Origin: Octopus vulgaris
Taxonomy: Eukaryota
Assembly: GCA_951406725.2 (NCBI GenBank)
Contig: OX597820.1
Location: forward strand, 32,860,001 to 32,924,000
DNA length: 64,000 nucleotides
Reading direction: 5' to 3'
Part shown: positions 13,401 through 27,699 of the stretch, piece by piece
How the letters are laid out: every line of letters starts with the position of its first letter
Position numbering within the stretch: position 1 is the first letter of the stretch
Notes under the pieces: generated by a model
Told to the model about the DNA's origin: nothing
The model's input: only the letters and a program-made list of their open reading frames with translations
The model's database searches: none
Translations under genes and position numbers: made by a program

Positions 13401-13762
13401 CTCTGATCTAAGGCTCGCTTCCTGCGCACAGTATCCTATGAATACTTATATTTACGCATTTATTACTACGTCTGAGCATGAAAATATTTATTGCTGAAGT
13501 TAAATCTTAAATTATAACGCAGGGACTGAACGAAAATACAGTCATCTTGGCGCAAGCATGGCATGGCGGTTAAGACGTTAACTCAGCATACACATTGCCT
13601 CAAGTTCAGTCTCATTACGCGGCACCTAGGACAAGTGTCTTTTACTAAAAGCTCGTTATATGTATGCACTTGCGTATGTATGTATTTATGTATGTATGTA
13701 TGTATGTATGTATGTATGTATGTATGTATGTATGTATGTATTGTAAGTATATATGTACGAGA

Positions 13763-13868
13763 GGTGTATGAAAAGTTTTGAGCCTTCAAGGCCCTTGAGC
13801 CTTGAAGTCGTGTACCTTCATCAGAAGTCTTGTACCATGTTTTTGAGGCTCAAGATTTTTCATACACC
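13763..13868. mobile_element. Short mariner-type MITE
   Basis: TIRs GGTGTATGAAAAGTTTTGAGCCT / AGGCTCAAGATTTTTCATACACC; left end preceded by TACGAG. Confidence 0.6.
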
Positions 13869-13983
13869 ATTAAGACACGGGGACATATACACACCAGCTC
13901 CGGTTGACAAGCGGTGGTAGAGGGCAAACACATACATAGCTACACACACATACACATACACAAATGTATGTATGTGTGTGTGA

Positions 13984-14020
<37 letters not shown>

Positions 14021-14221
14021 TAAACAGTAAAAATAATTACAGACATGGACAAGAACATGAAACACCACAGAGACGACACAAGAACCACAGGACGGGACAT
14101 TCGAAGCCCTCAATCATCAGTCAAGAACCAGATCATCTTAGCAATTTCGGCTGATTAATCTTGAGATTGCTCCGATTATATATATATATATATGTATATA
14201 TATATGCATATACATATATCT

Positions 14222-14495
14222 AGGAAAAAGTACAACAAAGCGAGTATCTCAAGTCATTTAGGATATTTATTGGATGTTTTACATCTGTTTTGAGGATATC
14301 TCAAGTGACAGACTAGCATCTCCATACACTGGGTATTCCGTCATCCGAGACAGGATGAGTGGCGAAATAGCCAGTGTATAGAGATGCTAGCCTGTCGCTT
14401 GAGATATTTCAAAAACAGATGTAAGACATCCAATAACTATTCTAAATGATTTGAGATACTCGTCCTACCTTGGTTTTGTTGTCCTTTTTCCTCTA
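14222..14495. repeat. Fold-back repeat (~110-bp arms) with decayed hammerhead-like motif
   Basis: Arms are reverse complements; minus 14351-14276 reads GTCT-CGGATGA-...-AAAACAGATGTA-AAAC, a decayed form of the 31207-31256 motif. Confidence 0.6.
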
Positions 14496-15047
14496 ATATA
14501 CACCTGCTAACTCGAATACCTACTACGGATACCTGGCTCCAGCCTCAGCTGTGAACTTGGAACACAACGGATGACCAGTTATAGCACTTACACAGCGTGC
14601 CTTTCCGTTTAGATCACCGGTGATATAAAACCCCTCATATTCCTTATATATACACACACACATCTGTATACATAGATGCTTATATCTATCATGAGTAGGT
14701 GGATTTCTGTGTTTGTTTCTCCTACATCCTTTTATTAATCGATGTTGGTTGCTTTACGTCACCGTACTTAACGACAGACTAAATACCAGACAAAACAAAG
14801 ATAGTAGGGTCGATTTGTTCGAATAACCATACTTAGAGGGAGGTGCTCCAGCGTGGCTCCCATCCTATGACACAGACAGATAATAGAGTACATAAGAGAA
14901 CATCCCTAATACTACTCATATGTATCTATGCATGCATGTATGCATGTATGTATGTATGTATGTATGTATGTATGTATGTATTTATGTATGTATGTATGTA
15001 TGTATATATATATGGTGGCTGTATATATATATATATATATATATATA

Positions 15048-15575
15048 TGGTGGCTGCCCCTGCGCGAAGCTTAATCAATGTTGTTATCGTGCAATGCCTG
15101 TGCAAGAAGATTTTTTTTAAGTGAGGAAAGGCTGTGCACCGAGTCAATCCTACTCACTAAGCAACAGCAGCCATAGTCCGAAAAGAAGAACAAGTCAACA
15201 TCATCGGTAACCACTGAGCTGCAGGTTTTATGTCGGAGTTATAGCAGTTACCTGAGTTACCTTCTCCTAGAAGGATGTCCTAACAAAGGCTAGGACTCCT
15301 TCACTCCCAATGGTTTAACCACGCGATCGGGTATTCAGTCCGATTATTTCTATGTCCCTGCGCATGATACGGCCTTAAGACATTTATTGGATGGCCGTTG
15401 ACTCTCAAGAGTTCCTCCGACCTTTGACGGGTTTTGTTTTTCATCCCGCAGGGTGTCCAGTGCACACCCTCCTCACCAAGCAAGCTTGATGGGGTTGCCG
15501 GTTTAGTCGCCGACGACCCGACCATGCAACAGGTTGTACTGAGTTACATGTTACCAGTAGCACTCGAAAGTGACC
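15048..15575. repeat. Non-microsatellite interspersed-repeat-like segment (possibly LINE 5' region)
   Basis: GC-richer block bounded by (TA)n and a SINE B; no credible ORF; family not established. Confidence 0.3.
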
Positions 15576-15795
15576 TGGCAGAAACGTTAGCACGCCGGGC
15601 GAAATTCGTAGCCGTATTTCGTCTGTCGTTGCGTTCCGAGTTCAAATTCCGCCGAGGTCGACTTTGCCTTTCATCCTTTCGGGGTCGATAAATTAAGTAC
15701 CAGTTACGCACTGGGGTCGATGTAATCGACTTAATCCCTTTGTCTGTCCTTGTTTGTCCCCTCTGTGTTTAGCCCCTTGTGGGTAGTAAAGAAAT
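15575..15795 (+). mobile_element. SINE family B
   Basis: Near-identical to 28959-29183 and 39857-40089. Confidence 0.9.
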
Positions 15796-16401
15796 ATATA
15801 TATATATATATATAATATTTAAAGATATATAGATGTATAATTATATAGATATACACAGCTATGTTAAATTACAGCTAATGAAGTCTATTACGTGATTTTC
15901 TTTTCGTTTGTCATTTATTTAATTTCGTATTAAGCTCTCTAATCAACTAACGCTTTATCCTGAAGTATATCTACATAGAGATGAAGCAACAGGTTATTAG
16001 CATTGCTATGCCTAAGCAAAACATTGAAATATATATGCACATATATATTCAATATATACACACATTTATATACATATATATTCATGTGTGAGTGTTTGCG
16101 TGTCTACGTATGTATATATATACATAAATGTTATATATGAAACATTATACGTGGTGGAGAACAACTACAAATAATTTCAAATTTAAATCTGAATAAATAA
16201 CTTAAATACCACCAAAAATAATTTTTGATGAAAATTACTTATTGATTCTATGTTATTTATCAATAAATCATCAAGATTGTTATTGACAAATTAATATAAA
16301 ATAATTGCTGAGACTTATTAAAATATTGTGCTATATGACATAAAAAATTCCAGATGCACTACATGAATTACAGATATTCTTGCGGTTTATAAATCAGGTT
16401 A

Positions 16402-16482
<81 letters not shown>

Positions 16483-16679
16483 ATCTATTTATCTATCTAT
16501 CTATCAATAAACATACACACGTATATATATAGATATATACATATGTACATATATATATATATATGTATATATATGTATATATATGTATATGTAAATATAT
16601 ATATATACATACATACATATATATATAACTATATATACACATATATATAGTTATATATATATGTATGTATATATATGTG

Positions 16680-16712
<33 letters not shown>

Positions 16713-16902
16713 CTGTGTCTGTGTGTGTGCGCGTATATGTATATATGTATGTATTATTATTACAGATGGTGGTTGTTCTATGGTGACATATTCTGTCTTT
16801 GTTGCTCACTCTCTCAGATATATATTTATATACATACATGCATATACGCATATGTATATACATCCATTAGTTCATGTATATACATATACACACATGTATA
16901 CA

Positions 16903-17000
<98 letters not shown>

Positions 17001-17490
17001 AATAAATAAATACATACATATGTCTATATATATATATATATCTCGGTCGGCTTAACAGCCCTTCTTGCTTGTGTTACTGTTATTCTCCTTGTCCCGTCTT
17101 TTACTGTTTATATTTTGTACTGTCGTTACTGTCCTGTTTTTGTTACCATTTTTACCCCTCCGCAAAAAAAATCTCAAATTTTATTTAATTTGATTTTCGC
17201 GGAAAGGATTGTTTCATTAAAGTCATGTATCGCCTTGACCTTCGAAACGTGGAGTAGATGAAACAAAGGCGACTTAAGAAGGGGAATTTTCCTTGTTTTG
17301 TATGTCCTGTACTCTATTTTTTCGTTGTTTAAGAAAAATGTCCATTTCCTTGGTTTTGTGTTTATGTTTTCGTTTCTCATTGTGTTCGACGTTTTTTTGG
17401 TGTCCTGTACCCATATATGCATGTATATATACATGTAGAGGTAGGTACGTACATATATGTATGTATATATGCATATGTTTTATTTATTTA

Positions 17491-17535
<45 letters not shown>

Positions 17536-17564
17536 TTATTTATTCATATATATATATATATTTC

Positions 17565-17639
<75 letters not shown>

Positions 17640-18164
17640 CATATGTATATATATATGTATACATATATAGAAATAGATGGGTGTGTATATAGATATACCT
17701 GCATTATATACATTTATATATAATTACATATGCATTATATACATATAGATGTGTGCGGACATATATATGCATATGCATTTTATATATGCACTAGTGCATA
17801 TATAAAATATATATATATATTATATGACATTTACTTGTTTCAGTCATTAGACTGCAGCCAAGCTTGGACACCGTCTCCAAGAAATTTTAGCAATGAATCG
17901 AACCCCGGAAGAGTCTTAAAATGTGGTCATTCTTGCCGTCGGTCATTCTTGCCAGCCCGTAAGTTATGGGAACGAAAACAGATCAACACCGGTTGTCAAG
18001 CGGTAGTGAGGGAACAAACACACATACAAAAAAATTCACATGTGGATACCTGTACGACGAGCTTCTCTCGGTAACCGTCAGTCAAATCTACTCATGGAAC
18101 CATGTGGTTGCGAATCAAGCTTTCTACCACACAGCAACATATATGCATACTTATATAAATACAC

Positions 18165-18201
<37 letters not shown>

Positions 18202-18219
18202 CGTGTGTCGCGCGCTTGT

Positions 18220-18257
<38 letters not shown>

Positions 18258-18259
<2 letters not shown>

Positions 18260-18560
18260 CGATAAACGTCGCCCTTTTCAAGCCTAGTCAGGCTCATGGG
18301 CCCCGGTTTCCCGGTTTCTATGGCGTATGTATTCCCCCCAGCCGGACGGGACGCCAGGCCATCGCAGCGTTACTCAAGAAACAGGAAGAGAGAGTGAAAA
18401 AAAGTTGTGTCGAAAGGGTACAACAGGCTCGCCACCACCCCTCGCCGGAGCCTCGTGGAACTTGTAGGTGTTTTCGCTCAATAAACACACACAACGCCCG
18501 GTCTGGGAATCGAAACCGTGATCCTCCGACCGCGAATCCGCTGCCCTAACCACTGGGCCA
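18258..18560 (-). mobile_element. SINE head/body C with tail 3
   Basis: C head and body; tail GCTGCGATGGCCTGGCGTCCCGTCCGGCTGGGG...CTAGGCTTGAAAAGGGCG shared with 40973. Confidence 0.85.
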
Positions 18561-19139
18561 TATATCTGCTGGTCTTCCATAAACAATATTGCCCAGACTT
18601 GTAACTTTCTGGGTGCAATCTCATGGTCATTCATAACCGATCGTGGGGTGGGTTTTATATATATTTGACTTGTATACATATAAATATATTTACATCTACA
18701 TAAATGTATATATGGGGATATATGTATGTATGCATAAATGTATGTATGTATGTATGTATGTATGTATGTATGCATGTATGTATGCAGGTAGGTAGGTATG
18801 CGTTTTATTTGGTACTTTATTTTATCGACCCACGTTCTGTTCCCCTGACTACTGACCACTGACCACTGCTGGATTTGAAATCAGGACGCAATGAATAACC
18901 TAAGCAAATACTGCAGAGCATTCTATCCGACGCACTGACCACTGCACCAATACCCTGCCATATTTTAAGTCCTAGGAAATCGATTGAGTCGTCTATTGAC
19001 ACCATGATTCTCGTTTTCTCGAATCAATAAATTAAAACAGAACAGAAATACGGGTACCCGTTTAACTGATTGGTAATCTCCAGCCACCACCACAACTGAA
19101 GCTAGGAACTTGTATCAATGTGAGAAACTATATATATGG

Positions 19140-20502
19140 TTCTGCGTGGCACCTTTGGCAGGTGTCTTCTACTATAGCTTTGGGCTGACCGAAGTCTTGT
19201 GAGTGGATTTGATAGACAGAAACTTGTTTGTGTGTGTGTGTATGTGTGTGTGTGTGTCCTATCACCGCTTGACAAATGGTATTGGTGTGTTTACGTCCCC
19301 GTCATCTAGCGGTCCGGCAAATGAAACTAATGCAATAATCACAAAGCTTTTTTAAAAAACTAAGTACTGGGAGCAATTCATTCGACTTATGATTCTTTTG
19401 GTCGCTGCCCCAGCATGGCCACGGATTAATGATAGAAACAAGTAAAGGATAAAAGAAAATAGATTTTTCTATATTTTACTTGTTTCAGACATTAAACTGC
19501 AGCCATGCTGGGGCACCGCCTTCAAGAAATTTTAGTCGACTGATTCGACCCCGGTGAGACTGACGTAATTTTATTGATATGAGTGACGGAAACTAAAGGA
19601 AGCCCGTCGTGCACCCCAACATAAAAGATCTTTTCTATATTTTACTTGTTTCGGTCATTGAACTACAGTCATGCCGGGGCACCGATTTAAAGGGTTTTAG
19701 TAGAACAAATGGACTGCCGGTACTATTGTTTTTAAAGTCTGGTTTATTTTATCGGTGCATTTTGGCGAACCGCTTCAGTAACGGCGACGTAAACGAACTA
19801 GTACCGGTTAAGCGGTGGCAGGGAAGTGATGTACAGACATAAGCGCGCACACACACACACACGCACACACACACACACACACATACACACACGCACGCAC
19901 ATGCAAACACACACACACGTACGTATATATCTTTGATCTCTTCTGCGGCTATGCTGGAGCACACGACGGGCTTCTTTTAGTTTCCGTCTATCAAATCTAC
20001 TCACAAGACTTCGGTCACCCAAATGCTATAGTAGAAGCCACTTGCTTAAGTGTTGCGCAGTGGAATTGAAACTGTATCCATGTGATTGGGAAACAAACTT
20101 CTTACCACGCATTCATGCCAGCTCTTTTTTTTTTTTGCTCCTTTTACTTGTTTCAGTCATTAGACTACGGCCATACTAGGGCACTGCCTTGAAATATTTT
20201 AGTCGAATGAATTCCGCCCCCACCCCACTACTTATTTTTTAAGCCTCACACTCAATCTATCGGTATCTTTTGCCGAACCGCTAAGTTACAGGAACAGAAA
20301 CATGCCAACACTAGTTGTGAAGCGATGGTGGGAGAAAAACACACACGCACACACGACGGGCTTCTTTCAGTTTCCATCTACCAAACCATTTGTCGGCCCG
20401 AGTCTATAGTAGAAGTCATTCGCCCAAGGTGCCACGCAGTGGGATTGAACCCGGAGCTATGTGGTTGGGAAACAAATTTTTACCACACAGCCCCGCCTGC
20501 GC
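19140..20502. mobile_element. Cluster of diverged SINE A copies in both orientations
   Basis: Plus copy ~19140-19455; minus copies ~19630-20120 and ~20140-20502. Confidence 0.75.
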
Positions 20503-20625
20503 TTATTTGTTAAATTTATTTTACTCGTTTTTACTTCTTCTTTTTTTAAAATTTATTTATGTGTTTATATATAGTTTCTTTCTGTTTGTTTTGCAGTTTG
20601 AAGAGTCCATCCCGTCAAAAGTGAA

Positions 20626-20919
20626 ATGGCAAGCTGTATGTACCCGTGGTTATCAGCTGGTAGTTACCCAGGTTTGATGAATGCTTCATGCCGGCGAATG
20701 AGCATCGTGCATCCGATGGCCAGCGGCGGCGGCGGCGGTGGCGGTTGCAGCGGCGGTAGCAGCGGTGGCGTCAGCAGCAGCAGCAGCAGCAGCAGCGGTA
20801 GCAATAACAATAGCAACAACAACCGCAGCGACAGCAATGACAACAACAATCGCAACAGGATCGGCAGTAACTATGGTGGTGGTCGTCGTCGTGGTGGTGA
20901 TGGTGGTGGTGGTGGTGGT

Positions 20920-20959
<40 letters not shown>

Positions 20960-21056
20960 GTGTGAGAAGTGAAGGCGGAGGTGGTGGTGGTGGTGGTGTT
21001 GTTCGTAGTCCGAGTATTAGTAACAGTAGTCACAGTAGAAGCATCAGTGGCAGAAT

Positions 21057-21109
<53 letters not shown>

Positions 21110-22083
21110 ACGTGAATAGCGTCAACGATGGCAACAATAACAACAACCACAACTATAGCTGCTATGGGGATATCTTTGTCATAGCGGACAGCGGTAACAA
21201 CAATAACAACAACAACAACAACAGAAGTAGCCATAACAACAACAACAGCAGCAGCAGCAGCAGCAACGGCAGGAGCATGCAAATTGCCACCGGTAAAGAG
21301 GAAGACGAACAAAAAGATAGCAAAGATGTAGAGGTATTAGAAATAGAAGAGGAGAGGTCAATGGGGAAGGGACAGGCCCATCCTCATTTATATGTCCATC
21401 CCTCCTACCTGCTCCACCACAATCGCTTGCATTCTCTGCTCCACCACCCCACTACGGCTTTGATAGTTGGTCAGGAACGGCATGAGAGTAGCGTCGCCGC
21501 CGCCTTGCAACGGCGCGTCAACCTCGAAGAGAACAGCGACGCTTTTAGAATGCCGTGCAATGACGGTAGTAGAAAGCGGGCGCTGGCGTCGTCCGCAGCA
21601 GCGACGGCGAACTCGACGTCGGACGTCGGCGTCAACGTCGACGTCGTAGTAGACGGCGTTGCTGACAGCAGCGTCCAGGGCGCCGGCGAAGGAAACGAAG
21701 ACGACGTCCCGGACGGAGGACGTGGTCGTAAGCGCTTATTGACGAACGCTGCTAACTTCTCAATGTCGTTATCACCATCATCATCATCATTACCACCACC
21801 ACCATCATTGTCGTCGTCATCATCATCATCATCAACACCAACAACAGCAACACTAACCGAAGCAGCTCAAACGGACCCAGACACCGATACCGTTGCTGCT
21901 GCTGCTACTGTTGTTGCTAGTACTGCTGCTGCTGCTGTTTTTGTTGCAGCAAATGCTGCTGCTGCTGCTGCTGCTAAACCAAGATCCACAACTGTCTCAC
22001 CTGCACTGTTAGTGACGCCGTGTGCACCGACCGGCTGCAGTGTTGCTGCAAGTATTGGCGTTGGTGTTGGTGCTGTTGGTGGT
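20626..22083 (+). CDS. First coding exon of an unidentified low-complexity (poly-G/S/N/A) protein, truncated by the assembly gap
   Basis: Acceptor ttttgcag at 20596, in-frame TGA at 20599, ATG in gaaATGG context, 486 open codons, GC-rich, and only trinucleotide repeats (no frame-breaking di/tetranucleotide runs). Confidence 0.75.
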
Positions 22084-22183
22084 NNNNNNNNNNNNNNNNN
22101 NNNNNNNNNNNNNNNNNNNNNNNNNNNNNNNNNNNNNNNNNNNNNNNNNNNNNNNNNNNNNNNNNNNNNNNNNNNNNNNNNNN
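22084..22183. other. Assembly gap (exactly 100 N)
   Basis: Placeholder-length N run; contiguity across it is unknown. Confidence 0.99.
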
Positions 22184-22484
22184 TTTGTTCTTAAACTGTT
22201 CAGCGCAGATACTTAAGAGAGAAAGAGAGAGAGAGAGGAGAAGGAGAGGGTGGGGTGGGAGAGAGAGGGGTAATGAAAGGAAAAATATATTTAAAACTCT
22301 CCAACGACAATTTTAATTCTAAAGTGATTGTTCTAAACTCTCCCTCGAAAATTACATTTAAGTGTATTTTGGGAAGAATTAACCAGTGATTAATTGACCT
22401 AGGAATGAATTGATCAACGACGAATTGACCGGGGACAGATTAACCAAGGACGAAATATCTGGGGACAAATTGTCCTAGCACCAA

Positions 22485-22700
22485 GAAATTAATGCTTGTT
22501 TCTGTACTGACGTTAATGCACTCATGCAAAAACTAGGACACGTACACGTGACTAACGAATGGAGATTGTTTATAGACTCAAGCAAGGTTAGCCCTAAAGT
22601 TGTGTTGTTACATAATGGTAATAAAAAAAAACCTTCCATTCCTGTGGGTCATGTTGTTGGTATGAAAGAAACTTATGAATCGATGGAACTCATTCTATAT
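22485..22700 (+). pseudogene. DNA transposase fragment, Chapaev3-like
   Basis: [47 protein letters not shown] matches the WRLFIDSSK..LLHNGN..PS.P..H...KE.Y motif I recall from Chapaev3 transposases. Confidence 0.65.
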
Positions 22701-22756
22701 ATAGAAAAAGATATTCAGAGATTATTTACAAATATACATATATATACATGTATATG

Positions 22757-23132
<376 letters not shown>

Positions 23133-23390
23133 GTTCAGTCCTACTGCGTGGCACCTTGCGTGTCTATAGCCTCGGGCTGACCAAAGCTTTCTGAGTGGAT
23201 TTGGTGTAGGAAACTGAAAGAAGCCTGTCGTATATGTGTGTGTCTGTTATGTGTGTTTGTGTGTGTATTTGTTTGTGTGCGTATATGTCTGTCTGTGTTT
23301 GTTCCCCCTTCGACTAAATGCAGTGCTTTAGCATGTCCGCAGTTAAATGACCGGAACAAGTAAAATGATAAAAGAATAAAAGAATATATA

Positions 23391-23467
<77 letters not shown>

Positions 23468-24215
23468 ATATATGTGTATTGTGTATATATGCATACATAC
23501 ATACATACATACAAGTATAAATGCATGTCTATAAATAGAATCGCATGTTATAATGTCACCAAACACCCCAGGTCCCAGGAAGATAATGGGTGAAAGCGGC
23601 GATGGCGACGATGAACCAGGGTGTTACCTTTGAAAAAAATCATGCTAGTGAAAGCCAGTGACGTCATAGGTGTCGCTGACGCAAGTCGTCTAATGTTTTA
23701 TATAATACTCTATAACAATGCTTTGACACAAAACGTGGTGAAGGGCAGCAGAAAGAAAGCGGGAGAAGGAGGCCGTTAAAGAGTGGGGAAAGGATGAGGC
23801 AGAGTGACATTGACGTTGAAAACTGGCTTACTCTCTATTATATATGCTTGTATACACACTTTTAAAACTCGTACAAAAAAGCAGAATTTATTAAAAATAG
23901 ACATCACGATTGTTAACACGCTATGCATATTAGTGAATTGTTTCTACACACTTACGTAAACAGAAGCATATATATATATATATTTATAGACTTTATAGAT
24001 ACGTGCATGTGTGCACGTAGATTTACGTGTGCACACATATACGTTTGTATGTATGTATGTATGTATGTATGTATGTATGTATGTATGTATGTATGTATGT
24101 TTGAAGCAGAAGTTTAAAATTAGAATATGTGAAGTGTAGAAAGTTCAGGGTATATCAGGGTATATTCCATCAAGCCAATGTGTATTGCGTGTGTGTGTGT
24201 GTGTGTGTGTGTGTT

Positions 24216-24258
<43 letters not shown>

Positions 24259-24265
24259 AGTGTGT

Positions 24266-24298
<33 letters not shown>

Positions 24299-24322
24299 AG
24301 TGTTGGCCAGTGTGTGTGTGTA

Positions 24323-24560
24323 TAGTGTTGGCCAAAAGTCACCCGCCAGTAAATCAAAATTCCATAAATACTGTCTGTAATTCTGTATTGGCTCGAATGG
24401 AAAAAATGTGTCGCTCAAGGACTTCAGTTTGAACAAGTTTCATGATGTTTCATATTCAAATGCTTTTATTAAATTCATTCAGCCGTAAATAAATAAATGT
24501 AAATAAATCTTGGGATTAAATAGTTTTGATTTACTGTCAGGTGACTTTTGGCTTTCCCTG
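24323..24560. mobile_element. Tc1/mariner-type MITE
   Basis: TIRs ..GCCAAAAGTCACCCGCCAGTAAATCAAAA / TTTTGATTTACTGTCAGGTGACTTTTGGC..; TA on both sides. Confidence 0.75.
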
Positions 24561-24769
24561 TATGTATAATGATAATGAAATGTAAGATGCAGGAAGTTAA
24601 GCTTCGAGTAGTCCATAGTAGGTATATAAAAATTAAAAAAAGAACTTTCAGGAACAATAATAGTATATTGATGTAGAAGGTTGTAAGTCTTTCCCATATC
24701 GAAGTTCAATAAGCTGGAAAAGGTTATTTTATAGCTCAAGGTTAACATCTAGAGTTGCTGTGGATTCGA

Positions 24770-25055
24770 ATAAAAATCCAAATTGAGGAAATGGAACAGG
24801 TAAAATCCATGATACATATGTTTCCTAGCTAGCAGAACCTCGGAAGTAATAATTACTCAACGATGAGTACTCCACTGGCTACTCAATAGGTTGACAATAC
24901 CTTAGTTAAATGATGGTTACATAGTCGTCAAGGGATCCCAAGTTAACTCGCAAGAATACTCCTCGTTAAGTAATTATTACTTCCGAGGTTCTGCTAGCTA
25001 GGGACCATATTTAGCTTAGATTTTACCTGCTCCGTTCCCTCAATTTAGATTTTTA
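24770..25055. repeat. Fold-back repeat (~100-bp arms)
   Basis: CCTAGCTAGCAGAACCTCGGAAGTAATAATTAC and its reverse complement flank a short spacer. Confidence 0.8.
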
Positions 25056-25370
25056 TATATAGCGGATTTTTATACCTCTAGTGGTCGGGTGTTCACCACT
25101 GGCGATGTGCACAAATAGCCCGAAAACGTTCGGTCTGGCGATCCCGTCGTCTGCTGGAAGATGGTAGGGGTTCACTCCCCTGCTTGCAATATATACCGTG
25201 TGCAGATGGCACAGATAACCAGCTGGTGGAGGTTCTGCCTGGGGTTAGGTTAAACGGTAATAACGTCAGACATCTGTACTGAAGTGGCGATAAACATTAC
25301 TTCCCAGTATAATTACTACTTTCATCTCTTTCTGAGATTTTCTAACTAGCTACTTTGTATGTATGTGTCC

Positions 25371-25419
<49 letters not shown>

Positions 25420-25483
25420 AATTTTTTGCGTAATGAGATAAAAACCAAGGGTGTGTAGATATTGGAACATTTATAGATAGATG

Positions 25484-25535
25484 GTCTTACAGCTGTTTCC
25501 AAGATATTCATTAATTATATCCCTTCGTCGGAGAC
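25484..25535 (-). ncRNA. Minimal type I hammerhead-like motif
   Basis: GTCT-CCGACGA-A-GGGATAT..ATATCTT-G-GAAA-CAGCTG-TA-AGAC. Confidence 0.6.
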
Positions 25536-25594
25536 GGTGTAGAGGATAGTTAAGTCATAGTTAGTTTAGATGTGATACAGAATAGAGAGTGAGA

Positions 25595-25845
25595 AACATC
25601 CGGACAACTAAGTGATACAAAAGGGGCAACAAAACATCCACATGGACGATACAAAAAAACAAGGACGGGTCATTCGAAGCTTTCTATCCTCAGTCAAGAA
25701 CTGGATCATCCTCGCAATTTCGACTGGATCCGGTTCTTGACTGAGGATAGAAAGCTTCGAATGACCCGTCCTTGTTTTTTTGTATTGTCTATCTGGATGC
25801 TTTGTTGTCCCTTTTTGTATCACCTAGTTGTCCGGATGTTTTGCG
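25595..25845. repeat. Fold-back repeat (~105-bp arms), related to 14045-14180
   Basis: GGACGGGTCATTCGAAGCTTTCTATCCTCAGTCAAGAAC and its exact reverse complement. Confidence 0.85.
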
Positions 25846-25885
25846 TTCTTGTCCCTATTGTATTTTATATATATATATATATATA

Positions 25886-26268
25886 GGCGCAGGAGTGGCT
25901 GTGTGGTAAGTAGCTTGCTAACCAACCACATGGTTCCGGGTTCAGTCCGGCAAGTGTCTTCTACTATAGCCTCGGGCCGTCCAATGCCTTGTGAGTGAAT
26001 TTGGTAGACGGAAACTGAAAGAAGCCCGTCGTATATATATATATATGTATGTGTGTGTTTGAGTGTCTGTGTTTGTCCCCCTAGCATTGCTTGACAACCG
26101 ATGCTGGTGTGTTTACGTCCTCGTCACCTAGCAGTTCGGCAAAAGAGACCGATAGAATAAGTACTGGGTTTACAAAGAATAAGTCCCGGGGTCGATTTGC
26201 ACGACTAAAAGGCAGTGCCCCAGCATGACCACAGTCAAATGACTGAAACAAGTAAAAGTGTAAAGAGT
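25886..26268 (+). mobile_element. SINE family A with a small internal deletion
   Basis: Colinear with the 50803 copy. Confidence 0.9.
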
Positions 26269-26410
26269 ATATATATATATATATATATATATATACTAAG
26301 CAATTAAGGGTTTAGCAACGAATTGCCTTACCGCACACCGAATTTAGAAATAGCAGTCAAAGTTACTGATAACTATATATATATAAAGCGGCGTACGTAC
26401 ACTTTGTTCT

Positions 26411-26474
<64 letters not shown>

Positions 26475-26721
26475 TAGAAAGTACTTGGTGCCGTATTATA
26501 TATTTGAAAAAATGAATAGAAATAGCTTTTCTGATAATTTTTTGCACTTTAATAATTAGATATTTATAAATTATTAGGTGTCTACAATAGGTAAACACCC
26601 GCTAACTTATATACGTCTCATTGTGAAAGTGGGAAACTTAGCCGTTTCTATTCATTTTTTTTCAAATATGTATATACATTTTCATATATATATATTTACA
26701 TATATATATTGGTGCGAATGG

Positions 26722-26782
<61 letters not shown>

Positions 26783-26826
26783 GGGGAAGTTACATTAGTT
26801 AGATTGGTATATATGTATATATATAC

Positions 26827-26864
<38 letters not shown>

Positions 26865-26880
26865 ATACATATACATATAC

Positions 26881-26938
<58 letters not shown>

Positions 26939-27464
26939 GTATGTATATAATAAAAATCGTGACTGTTGTGTTTAGAGCTCTACGTAGATTTTCAGAATCT
27001 AGTCTACTTTCGGTATAGTTGTTACATTAACTTCAATACTGGTTAATATTTCTAGTCAGGAGCTACAAAGTAAATGCAAGAGAAATAAAGAAAAGCACAA
27101 GTTTATTGTTAAGAACCTGAACGCGTTCAACCGTTGCGGTTGTTCTGAGCCCTGCGACAGAGGTTTGCTATGTCCACATAGTTATTAATAACTTGATACA
27201 GTAAGGTGTGCCCAGACCATAAGTCGTAGTTGAGCACCTATATGAATTTGGAGTATCTTTTGCAGGGCCCCACACATCCGTAATGGTGAAACGCACGTCG
27301 GATCTTTGATATAAACTTTTGTCTATCCTTATTGTTCCTATACTTATATAGTCACGTTCTCCGTTTTATTTATCCTGTTTGTATTATCAAACCTTTATAG
27401 GTATGTGTATATGTATGTATGTATATGTATGTGCATATACATACATATATATGTATATATATAA

Positions 27465-27523
<59 letters not shown>

Positions 27524-27699
27524 TATGTATGTTTGTATACGTATGTATATATGTATGTATATATACGCACTCGTATACATAAACATTTTTTACATACATA
27601 TACACTCAGCCACACAGAAATTATCTGCTTATCTTTAATACACTTTATCAATGTCCTGTATGAATCCTTGTTGATCAACCAGCTATCCCTACATAATTC

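Noticed and set aside
15048-15575. HDV-like ribozyme in a putative LINE 5' region
   Set aside because: I could not trace the nested double pseudoknot by eye; it needs an RNAMotif or Infernal search.
20638-20652. YPWL as proof of a Hox/ANTP gene
   Set aside because: The hexapeptide normally lies close to a homeodomain; none is visible and the motif is too short to be diagnostic.
22184-22194. Stop codon ending the 522-aa ORF
   Set aside because: It lies beyond a placeholder 100-N gap, so frame and adjacency are meaningless.
22380-22482. ~15-bp spaced repeats (GACGAATTGACC-like) as a CRISPR-like array
   Set aside because: Eukaryotic context and degenerate tandem units without unique spacers; more likely subterminal repeats of a non-autonomous transposon.
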